Of a DNA stretch of 64,000 bases, positions 1 through 8,930 are shown piece by piece. Position 1 is the stretch's first letter, and the number at the start of each line of letters is the position of its first letter. Made by a program: the position numbers and the translations under genes. The notes beneath the pieces were generated by a model. That model did no database searches, was not told the origin of the DNA, and saw only the letters and a program-made list of their open reading frames with translations. Source of the DNA: a virus (lineage: Duplodnaviria; Caudoviricetes); IMG/VR virus record IMGVR_UViG_3300021387_000090, positions 90,700 to 154,699 of that record; one strand, 5' to 3'.

Positions 1-114
1 CCTTCATGGCTGCATCAAAACAATGTTGATGAGCATATTTACCTTTATACGGCACACTAGACTCTGCAGGGGAGATATTCTCCCCGCAGAGTACGCATTT
101 TCTTGGACGCATAA

Positions 115-1185
115 TTACAATAATCCTTGTAATTCATTCAGAATAACTTCTACAGCTTCCTGCTGTTTAGGGGTACAATTTGAAACTAAAGCGCCTTTAC
201 CAAGAACTGCTTCAACTACTTCCGTAAGCTTTTCTTTAGAACCGTATTTCTCAACAATCTTCATGCCAGTTTCCTGAACTTCTGTCATAAGATCATCAAA
301 ATCCCGCTTTTCAGTTTCAAACATAGCGTCTCGTTCTTCTTTACTTACTGCCTTAATACCATCGGCTTTTTCCTGACGATCAATTGCATTATAGTAAGCC
401 TGAATTAGATTATCTGCTGTAAAATCTTCAATCACAGGATCGAAGTATTCATTTCTTGTTCTAGCAAAATACTCATCAGTTCCTGCAAGCATTAAAGAAG
501 AATGAATAGGTTTCCCAGTATCGGGATCTACACCATTACCTTTTACATATCCAATCACATCACTGTGATTAAGGATGATAGGAAGCATTCTCTTTCTATC
601 CCCAACAGGGAAGAATCTACCATCTTCATCTGCAATAGCGTGTAAGATAAAAATCACATAAAAACCGCTACCAATAATCTTAAGCATTGCAGACTCCCAT
701 TCAGCCTTTAAGTCACCCCAAAGGCCATAGCCACCATTGCCCTCTTTAATTTTATTAACACCTTCACTATTTGCTACATACTTCTCGCAATAAGAATAAA
801 GGACTTCAACTTCATCTAAGATAAAGCCTTTATACTTCTTGTGCAGAGCGTCATAATTCTTAGGGTCTGAAACCGTTTTAACAAACTTCAAAAAATCACC
901 CCAAGATTTAATAGACGTAAAAGCTACATTGTTCAGTCCACTTAATCCTGATTTACCAAAAGCCAAATATAAAGGATCTGGCATATCAACGGCTACGGGT
1001 GTCTTACCTAAACCGCCCAATCCGTACCAACAAGCAATGAAATTATCAAGTGATCTCGTTACTCTAGATACCTTGGCGTTTAAAATATCATCAAGCGAAA
1101 AGGCTGCAACTTTTTTAGTTTCTTCTACCAGTTCTTCAATTCCTACATTTTCGTTTTCTTGTTTCTCTTTTGCTTTAGTAGCCAT
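115..1185 (-). CDS. Sak4-like/AAA_24 P-loop ATPase (ssDNA annealing/recombination protein, SPbeta YorG-like)
   Basis: Walker A-like YGLGGLGKT, Walker B FILDEV, conserved GGYGLWG and D(V)IGY segments; lies next to an SSB-like gene. Confidence 0.8.
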   Translation of the reverse strand: MATKAKEKQENENVGIEELVEETKKVAAFSLDDILNAKVSRVTRSLDNFIACWYGLGGLGKTPVAVDMPDPLYLAFGKSGLSGLNNVAFTSIKSWGDFLKFVKTVSDPKNYDALHKKYKGFILDEVEVLYSYCEKYVANSEGVNKIKEGNGGYGLWGDLKAEWESAMLKIIGSGFYVIFILHAIADEDGRFFPVGDRKRMLPIILNHSDVIGYVKGNGVDPDTGKPIHSSLMLAGTDEYFARTRNEYFDPVIEDFTADNLIQAYYNAIDRQEKADGIKAVSKEERDAMFETEKRDFDDLMTEVQETGMKIVEKYGSKEKLTEVVEAVLGKGALVSNCTPKQQEAVEVILNELQGLL

Positions 1186-1219
1186 ATTCTATTTCACCTC
1201 GCTTCTATTCACTTTTAGA

Positions 1220-2104
1220 TTAAAATCCCAGATCAAGAGTTCTTCCACGACTAGCGCCACTAGGTTTTGCAGTTTTCTTCGCAGTAGCATTAGCCTGTTC
1301 TTTCTGGCTCTCAATGCGATTTTTTCTTTCCTGAATACAAGCTTTGATTACTTCAGCGTCATAAGGCTTTTCAGGCGTTACACCTTCTTCATAAGGTTCA
1401 CTGGCACCAGTAATAATAAGTTCATTCTTGTAACTAGTTCTGGTTTCAACCTTCGGCTTACCAATAGCTACAGGAATTTCAATAGTCTTAACAACACGAT
1501 TGTTTACAACATCACCGAAAAATCTTACAGTCTGTCCTGCTTCAAATGTAGATTCAACAGCATCCGCAACCTCTGTATCTGCAACCAGAGTAAGAGGCTC
1601 AATACCATTCTCATACATAGGAACCCAACCCTTAACCAAAATTCTTCCAGTTTCTTCACCATCAGTGGTCATTTCTGGAGTCATCTGAGAGATAAACATT
1701 TCTACATCAAATGTCGCATGATAATTGGCATCTGCAGGATTGGCAATTCTATTAAAGAAATTAGACTTATACGATACAATATCATTTCCGCTCTGTACGC
1801 TATGATACAAATTCAGATCACCAATGGTACGAACAATATCTGCATCAGCTTCACCAACGGCAGCAATTGACTTATATTCATTCATCACAGTTTTAATTCC
1901 AGGATAGGCACGATTATCTGTATTCACTTTTGTCTTTTCTCGAATATTAATTGGGAACTGAATGAAATTTACGTCTGATGTCTTCAGAGTCAATTTACCT
2001 GAAATCATGTTCACTCCATCTTTCATCTCTTCTTTCAGATCCATATCCGAAAGGATACCTTCAACACTCACTTTTGCAATTGCCTGTCTAATATTTGTTT
2101 CCAT
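1220..2104 (-). CDS. Putative single-stranded DNA-binding protein (SPbeta YorF-like)
   Basis: 294 aa, beta-rich, flexible C-terminal tail ending in DLGF; directly upstream of the Sak4-like ATPase. Confidence 0.55.
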   Translation of the reverse strand: METNIRQAIAKVSVEGILSDMDLKEEMKDGVNMISGKLTLKTSDVNFIQFPINIREKTKVNTDNRAYPGIKTVMNEYKSIAAVGEADADIVRTIGDLNLYHSVQSGNDIVSYKSNFFNRIANPADANYHATFDVEMFISQMTPEMTTDGEETGRILVKGWVPMYENGIEPLTLVADTEVADAVESTFEAGQTVRFFGDVVNNRVVKTIEIPVAIGKPKVETRTSYKNELIITGASEPYEEGVTPEKPYDAEVIKACIQERKNRIESQKEQANATAKKTAKPSGASRGRTLDLGF

Positions 2105-2141
2105 TCTTTAAAAACTCCTTTTTCTATGTATTTTCTAATCT

Positions 2142-2342
2142 TTAAAACCAACGAGTGTCTTTATTTATATCGAGGCTGGGATCCTCGTTATATTCTACAA
2201 TAATTATTTCATTGCATTCTGGACATTGACATAATTTAGTTGAATAGCCATATCCATTTTCATCCCACCATTGAGGTACTTCTTTTAAAATTATTTTTGT
2301 CTTACAACTTCGACATATTCGGACTCCTTGATCGCTTTTCAT
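2142..2342 (-). CDS. Small zinc-ribbon protein
   Basis: CRSC...CPEC motifs; AGGAGA RBS upstream. Confidence 0.5.
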   Translation of the reverse strand: MKSDQGVRICRSCKTKIILKEVPQWWDENGYGYSTKLCQCPECNEIIIVEYNEDPSLDINKDTRWF

Positions 2343-2384
2343 TCTCCATTATAAATCTCCTTTCTTAAGTTAGTCATGACATAA

Positions 2385-2459
2385 TACCCAGAATCGGATT
2401 TGAACCGATAAGCACGATATTTTGAGTATCGCAGGTCTGCCAGTTGCCGTCATCTGGGC
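2385..2459 (-). tRNA. tRNA-Leu(CAA) with short variable loop
   Basis: GCCCAGA/TCTGGGT acceptor, CGATA-CT-CAA-AA-TATCG anticodon arm, ATCGG-TTCAAAT-CCGAT T arm. Confidence 0.8.
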
Positions 2460-2463
2460 AGGT

Positions 2464-2564
2464 GAGAAATAGAAATAAGGCCGTGTTAAAAAGGTATTGT
2501 TAGCGCTCCAATCGGGGTCGATTAAATGGTAAACCCGTTTCCCCATACCTCATCTCTATTTCTC
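2464..2564 (-). ncRNA. Unassigned structured RNA with 18-bp closing helix
   Basis: GAGAAATAGAGATGAGGT pairs with GCCTTATTTCTATTTCTC using G-U wobbles on the minus strand; two internal hairpins; lies between tRNA genes. Confidence 0.45.
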
Positions 2565-2580
2565 TTTGGTAGCTAACCAG

Positions 2581-2719
2581 TCGGAGTGATAGGATTCGAA
2601 CCTATAACACACAGTTCCTTGTTCCTATGAAGTAAGTGTTATACTGCTTCATTTTACATGAGAATAATAATAACACTCAAATATATTATACTGTTGCTCT
2701 ACCGTTAAGCTACACTCCG
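2581..2719 (-). ncRNA. tRNA scaffold whose anticodon loop is replaced by a permuted Y-RNA-like module
   Basis: CGGAGTG/CACTCCG-A acceptor, GCTT-AACGGT-AGAGC D arm, ACAGT/ACTGT anticodon stem, ATAGG-TTCGAAT-CCTAT T arm; insert contains TATTC-TCAT..ATGA-AGCAG..ACTTC. Confidence 0.75.
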
Positions 2720-2877
2720 TGGTGAGGTTAAAGTCCCTCAACTACACATATTACCAAGTTGGCCTATTGTCTTACATCCCTGTTCACCATTAATGTACAT
2801 TAAAATATTCTATGACTACTAACGAAGCAAGTTTTTCAATACTGCGGATGGTATTCATTTGTTCTCGACCGCTATCA

Positions 2878-2950
2878 TCGGAATAGAGAGACTTGAACTC
2901 TCGCCTCATCGGTTAAAAGCCGATTACTCTACCAACTGAGTTATATTCCG
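2878..2950 (-). tRNA. tRNA-Lys(TTT)
   Basis: Canonical cloverleaf; ATCGG-CT-TTT-AA-CCGAT anticodon arm. Confidence 0.9.
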
Positions 2951-2986
2951 AAAATAAATTATGGGTAAGGATTTGTACCTTATTAT

Positions 2987-3298
2987 TCATCCAGACTTAT
3001 CTGTAAGTTCAAAAAATTTATAACCATGATACAAAAAATAAATATAATCCCAATTCGTATCATAATTATCATTACCGCACCAGTCTTCTCTGTTAATTTC
3101 TATATCCAAAATTTTCGCAAGTTTTTCAAGATTAGTTATCTGAATTGCTTTTTCGTGAAATGTGTCAGCAACTGTAATTGATTCAAAGGATTTTCTTCTC
3201 ATTTTTTCGGCTTTAATCTGCATATTCAACCATTTATATGCGTTGTCCATTTCTCTCATTTTCATTCTTTCTCCAAATAATTTTTTGGTTAAACTCAT
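2987..3298 (-). CDS. Hypothetical protein inside the tRNA cluster
   Basis: 103 aa ORF with phage-like composition. Confidence 0.55.
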   Translation of the reverse strand: MSLTKKLFGERMKMREMDNAYKWLNMQIKAEKMRRKSFESITVADTFHEKAIQITNLEKLAKILDIEINREDWCGNDNYDTNWDYIYFLYHGYKFFELTDKSG

Positions 3299-3486
3299 AA
3301 TAAATACAGGAATGAACTAACATTTGCAGTCTTCGCTAACATACCAGTCAATGTGTACTCATGAGGGGCATACCATTTTCCACTTGAGGCCCATATTCAC
3401 TTATATACCGCACCGAAAGTTATCTACGGCTTTTACACTCGTAACTTTAATCCGTCGATTGTGCCCACGGCCATCCGTGCGGTTTA

Positions 3487-3585
3487 TTATGCGGGTAAGG
3501 ATTTGCACCTTACATGAGCAAGTTATTTACCGTAATTTCACATGCTCTTACGGACTATGTGTCTATCTATTCCACCACCGCATAA
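3487..3585 (-). ncRNA. tRNA-like RNA with aberrant, expanded anticodon domain
   Basis: TTATGCGG/CCGCATAA closing stem, GTGG-AATAGATAGA-CAC D-like arm, GTAAGG-TGCAAAT-CCTTAC T-like arm; no 7-nt anticodon loop. Confidence 0.6.
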
Positions 3586-3632
3586 CGTAGTCTTTCCTAC
3601 TGTCAGATCCCTCCACTTTGCACAAGTGAAGA

Positions 3633-3833
3633 TCGGAACGACAGGAATCGAACCCGCAATCAAGTTATCAACTTGTAAGCCGTTTCAAACCTTTATTTTG
3701 ATACGAGGAATTAGTATCATTATCACGCTACCCTCGAATGGTTACAAGTCCTACGCTACCTTTTATAAGAACAAAGGGATGGTGATTAGCCAATTACATC
3801 TTCGTCCATGTCTTCCTATTCCATCACGTTCCG
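3633..3833 (-). ncRNA. tRNA scaffold with a long insert in place of the anticodon arm (201 nt total)
   Basis: CGGAACG/CGTTCCG-A acceptor, ATGG-AATAGGAAGA-CAT D arm, GCGGG-TTCGATT-CCTGT T arm; internal ACTTGTAA/TTACAAGT helix. Confidence 0.65.
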
Positions 3834-3892
3834 AAGTGAGAGATGGGTAATTACATCCCTTATTGGTAGTCTCTCATTCAGTTTTCTACCAC

Positions 3893-3964
3893 AGCTGAAG
3901 GTGGGACTCGAACCCATGACCCTTCGCTTGCAAGGCGAATGTTCTCCCACTGAACTACAAGCCC
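3893..3964 (-). tRNA. tRNA-Ala(TGC)-like with unpaired acceptor stem (pseudo-tRNA)
   Basis: Good D, anticodon (TTCGC-CT-TGC-AA-GCGAA) and T arms, but 3' strand CTTCAGC does not pair with 5' GGGCTTG. Confidence 0.7.
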
Positions 3965-4074
3965 ATAAAAGTAGTTTTTTTATAGAAGATGCTACTAAAC
4001 TTCTTGTTATCCTTGTTGCACTACCTATAATTTTAAATGCCCAATGGACCATACCTCCATTCGATAGGATAAAA

Positions 4075-4148
4075 TACTTCTAAAAGGATTTGAACCTTTA
4101 TTTCTATTGATAAAATAGAAAGTCTAACCGAACTTAACTTATAGAAGT
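4075..4148 (-). tRNA. AU-rich tRNA-like gene, apparent anticodon TAT (Ile)
   Basis: ACTTCTA/TAGAAGT acceptor, TCTAT-TT-TAT-CA-ATAGA arm, AAAGG-TTCAAAT-CCTTT T arm; atypical C at position 37. Confidence 0.55.
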
Positions 4149-4375
4149 ACCAAATAATAAAAATCTTACTCAACGCCTAGACATTATTAAGGGGTCTGCG
4201 TTGCCTTCTTCCTTATCCTCATCCACTCCTCAGATTTTTATTAAATAAAATAATTAATTAATTAATTGAAGAGAAATCACACCTTTTTCTTCATATGGGG
4301 GTGTCTATTTAACATATAGATACGTTATCAGATATATCATTTCACTGATAAAAAGATTCACTTTGGGGAATCTAG

Positions 4376-4756
4376 TACGGGTAGTGGGACTTGAACCCAC
4401 ACTCTCTTGCGAGAAACGGATTTTCTTACTACACTATGTCACCATAGCCATCTTAATGGATGTTGTAGTCTGGACTATGTTTTTACCATATCATTTCTGA
4501 CTTAGGTAGATGGTATATAGTCTCTACACATTTATAGATAGGGTTCGAGCGTCAATGATAACATGTTCATTCCGTCAGTCTCTCTTTTAAAAATAAACGA
4601 ACTAAAACGATTACTTCCCTATCTAATTTAGCTCGGCGTTCTCTTAGCCATTCACCGAATTAGCCATCTCCACTTATATCGTTTCCGATATAAGGCTCTC
4701 TTTTAATGTCTGCTAAGACGAAAGTCCGTTGCGTCTGCCTATTCCGCCATACCCGC
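4376..4756 (-). tRNA. tRNA-Leu(TAA) interrupted by a group I intron
   Basis: 5' exon GCGGGTA...ACGGACTT, 3' exon AAAATCCGT...GTGGGTTCAAGTCCCAC-TACCCGT-A; splicing restores ACGGA-CT-TAA-AA-TCCGT; long variable arm present. Confidence 0.9.
4425..4721 (-). mobile_element. Group I intron without ORF in tRNA-Leu anticodon
   Basis: Follows an exon U and ends in G; P/Q/R/S-like elements AATTCGGTGAA, AACGCCGAGC, GTAGAGACTA, AACATAGTCC. Confidence 0.85.
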
Positions 4757-4842
4757 ATATTATTTACTGCCCCAACTCTTCCCAAAGACAGTATGTCATG
4801 CCCATGATCCACGACTTCCATTTCACTTCATTATATTTAACC

Positions 4843-5136
4843 TCAATCCTCTTTCCTTTTCATTAGCCACATTGTAGGCTTGACTTTCTGAAAACCACAT
4901 TTCTCATAAACGTGGATCGCTCTACTGTTATCATCATTTACCCACAAGCAGTTAATGTCATAATCCTTAATAAACTTTTCAACAATCTCTGTCCCGTACC
5001 CTTTTCCTTGATAAGGCTCATAAATAGTCAGCCGTGACAACATCTTACCCTTAAGGTCAACTTCGGCTTCACCTATTTTTACGTCATCATCAAATAATTC
5101 AAATTCTTGATACAGTTCGTTCGTTTTATATCTCAT
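4843..5136 (-). CDS. GNAT family N-acetyltransferase
   Basis: Motif A YQGKGYGT and N..AIHVYEKCGF. Confidence 0.85.
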   Translation of the reverse strand: MRYKTNELYQEFELFDDDVKIGEAEVDLKGKMLSRLTIYEPYQGKGYGTEIVEKFIKDYDINCLWVNDDNSRAIHVYEKCGFQKVKPTMWLMKRKED

Positions 5137-8100
5137 CGTCCCTCATCTCCCCCCGTATACGATGCAGGAAGTGGCATCCACGCAATTACATCTGCATTCA
5201 TGTACCAACTTTGACAATCACCATCACCATTCGTACATTCTTCGTACCAACCCTCTAAGCAATAGTAATCATCTAATTCTTCATTATATTCTTCACAACT
5301 ATCATCTGGTAAATCTGTCCACTTATCTTCAATCTTAATAGTAAATCTGGGAATCCAGCATCCAATAGTTTGAAAATATCTATATCCATCTGGCCACGCT
5401 TTACCACGACATTGCATAATAACTTTTACGTTAGGATCTGGCATTGTTTCTGGTGTGCAAGGAATCCATTTTTCTTCTGACAAATCGCATGGTTCTAACT
5501 GCTTTCTTGTTTCATAATGATAGCTTTCACACTCTTCCTTCCAACAATCTGTGTTACAATGATTAGTGTTTGAACGCTTAACTCCTAAATAACCCAAAAT
5601 TATGGCACGTTCATTAGGACACATATTCATATAAGCCATTTTTTCTGATAAAGCATCTGCTATCTTTTTCAGTTTATCTTCAAGGTCTACGGTGGGCAGA
5701 CTTCTCACGGTACTTGCGGTTGGATACTTGCCAGAGCGCCAACCATCTGACAACATCTTGATGACATCATCCTCGTTGATCGCTCTCATGCTTGTTCACC
5801 TTCTTCCCTCATATCAGCACCGCACATACAGCAAAATCTAGGTTTTTCATCATCATCAAACCATTGAATAGGATTTCCGCATATATTGCAATCTGCAATA
5901 TTATGACCGTTATCATTTCGGTGATTTATCCATTGCCCCTTTTTCCGATTTAGTTCATAGACAGGCGCTTTCTCAATCGCATTATTTAACTTTTCCCATA
6001 GCCAACCAGCATCTATAGGCAGACCAGCAACAGACATTACTTCTACGGCATTACACATATCATTGTATAGCACCTCTGCATCAATCAACCACATCACGCT
6101 CACCTTCTTCCATCTTTGCGCCACAGTTCGGGCAGTAGTTTGAAGTTTGACTATCTGCCCACCAGCTGTAAACACTCCTGCATTCGCTGCATTTATAGCA
6201 GTCTCCGATAAATATCCACTTCCCTTTCTTTCGCTCTGGTTCAACTTCTATAGATACGTGTCTACCGTCAATAGAAACTCTGTACAAACCGCTCTTACGA
6301 AACACAATTCCATATCCCACATCGAAAGTAGTATAAGTATATGTCTTGTTTTCAAACGTTATCGGCTCATCAACACCAACCGATATAGGCTCTCCACCTA
6401 CAAATTCAGCCATTCTACTCACCTTCTCTCCTATATGGCTCTGGCAGTGGCATCCATGCAATCACATAACTATTACAACGCCCAAGCACATCACTTACAA
6501 ACGCAGGATTTTCATGATAATGTGGATTTCCAAGCGTATATTCCATGATGGTTATACAGTCTTCTGTTTGCACTAAATAGTGTCCACCCTTTTTTGGCGG
6601 CCTCTCACTACACGGAATCCACCGCTGCTCTGGCTGTGCGGACGGAATCTTATCCAGATCGCATTTGACAGTTGTCAAAGCACAGTTAAAACCATTCGAG
6701 TGCATCCAATGCCCAAATTGTGAAATATCAGGATCGTCCATATAAGCTATGAATTTTCCGTGCGCTTCATACGCATCTGGATTTGTGTTGACCGTTTCTT
6801 TTCGGAGACAGTATTCAACGGCACTTCTCGGGATCGTGTCTTTTGTAAAGTCATCCATCACTTGTCACCTTCTTCCCTATACGGTTCTGGCAATGCACCG
6901 TCTTTGTACATCCACCAGTAGACACTCTTATATGTATTTTTCTTCCACTGCCACCGATGAATGTTTTCTTCGCCATTGATGTGACCGAAGCCTCTGTATG
7001 TTCCGAAGTCCCATGTGCCTTTTAACCCCTTGACAATAACCACTTTGCCTTCTTCGGGTAGCGTGTCTTTTGTCACCGGAATCCACCGATGTTCTGGCTG
7101 TGCGGATGACACATCATCAAGACAGTCAACACATTTGTCGTGGAAGTCAGAAAAAGATTCCCCATCTTCCCATATAACCCTTGCTACCTTCAGTTTTGCC
7201 GCCTGTCTACTAATAGCATCATCTTTCATAATGATCCTCTATCCTTCTTTTGCAACGTGTACATGGAGATGGATATCCGTATTCAACTTCATTTTCCCAT
7301 TTACCCAAGTGCTTACATCCTTCACAGGTTTCTAGCTGTGCGGTAGGCATATCCTTGATAGTTTGCTCAATCCTTATCATATTCCAACATCCAATATCCA
7401 TCAGCACGATTTATATTTTTATTGAGCAATTCGTCAGCGTCTATTGGCCTCATTCTTCGCCCTCCTGTCTAATGTATCCGCAATTCGTGACAGCTGATAC
7501 GCGATATTTCTCAAATCTGTATGGTAATCGTGTCCATTCGGAATGCTCAGTATTATCGCCAAAGATACCATCGCACCAGCAATGAATATCATCCCCTCCA
7601 CTTCTGTTCACCTTCTTCTCTGTACGGCTCTGGCAGTGGCATCCATGCTAATACTGCTTTGTTTGTAAGTGCGCCAAATTCTGACCACCATTCAATCTTT
7701 CCGCTTCTTGGATCAGCAGACCTTTTTGCTTTGATTACCTTCTGTTCGTAACCTTTAATTTTAAAAGGCTCCTTAGTGATAAGCACATCATGTCCTTCTT
7801 CAGGCAACCTTTCAGCACATGGAATCCACCGCTGTTTCGGCGTGACGAACGGTAATTCATTTAACGCCTTACAAATTTCATCTGTATACAAAAATTCCGC
7901 ATGATTTGGTCTATCCAGAATTTCCATCAGTGCATCAATTGCCGCATTTCTGCTCACCGCATTCTCGCACGTTTCTGGCTGTTCCTCTTCGCACAATTTC
8001 AGAAAATCAAGCTTCGACTTCTCTTTTATGTCCAATGTCCCCAATTCGTGTGTATAAACTGGTCTGTCATACAGTTCATCGAGATATTGATAAAACACAT

Positions 8101-8570
8101 CTAACTTTTTGCCTTCAAGCATACAGATCCCAGTATGTGCCATAACGATGGCCTTTTCTCTATCAGTCATTTGACACCTTCTTCCCAGTATGGTTGTTGT
8201 ACACTAACGAAATAACCGCTTCCATTATATCACCGACCGTATCCTGAAAAATTGGATGATCGATTTCGCAACCCCAGATGTGACCAAACATATCCTGTAA
8301 CTCATTTTCAAATTCTTCTCGTGTTAATCGTGCGGATGGTAGTTCAGATAATATATCCTCTATGCTAGAAGATATAGTTTGACCATCACTTTTAAAATCA
8401 AGAATTGCATCATAATTTTTATGTACTGCATCAATTGCCTCTTGTAAATAGATCGTATCATCCATTCGATCTATCTTCTCTGTATGTTTCATTGTATCTA
8501 CGACTCCATACCTTGTTTTAGGCTCAAGAGCAATAATGGGCGCTTGGAAATATCCGTCATCACCGTGCAA
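5133..8570 (-). repeat. Tandem run of ~9 mosaic paralogous ORFs (DUF551-like WIPxxERLP...AWMPLPEPY and zinc-ribbon modules)
   Basis: Recurrent motifs ISRxAAI, LPSAQPE, RWIPC, WMPLPEPYREEG and YCPNCGAKM in ORFs 5133-5789, 5786-, 6081-, 6415-6861, 6858-7229, 7219-, 7589-8170 and 8163-; overlapping start and stop codons. Confidence 0.75.
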
Positions 8571-8612
8571 AAAATTTTTTTTGCTATATTGATCACCTTT
8601 TTCTTTCCCCTC

Positions 8613-8927
8613 TTAATAACTATCCCCAACTCTGTATTTCCAAATCACGGTTTTATAAAAATCCCAATTGGTTTTTACCATTTCTAATGAAACTGTTCTC
8701 CAAGAAACACCATGTTGCGATTCATTATGTTCTCGTTCCATAATATCAGTAATTTCTTTTACGATTTTCATCGCTTCTTCATCAGAATTTACATCATAAA
8801 TTGTAAACTCAAACCCAAACCCATTATCAATTCCTTTATAATAAATATCTATATTATCATTTACTTTAATTCGTAATTCTATAGGTATTGTTAAATCTTT
8901 AGGAATATAAAATTTAATAGCACTCAT
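8613..8927 (-). CDS. Hypothetical protein
   Basis: ORF with GAGG RBS in operon context. Confidence 0.6.
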   Translation of the reverse strand: MSAIKFYIPKDLTIPIELRIKVNDNIDIYYKGIDNGFGFEFTIYDVNSDEEAMKIVKEITDIMEREHNESQHGVSWRTVSLEMVKTNWDFYKTVIWKYRVGDSY

Positions 8928-8930
8928 TGT

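Noticed and set aside
929-1870. 313-aa plus-strand ORF and other long antisense ORFs (e.g. 26112-27428, 15208-15846, 40198-40872)
   Set aside because: They are shadow frames opposite well-supported minus-strand genes, with no RBS or recognisable motifs.
2960-3833. tmRNA
   Set aside because: There is no G3-U70 alanine acceptor, no ACCA end and no recognisable tag reading frame.
3324-4083. Short ORFs overlapping the tRNA-like cluster
   Set aside because: They overlap structured RNA genes and have non-protein-like composition.
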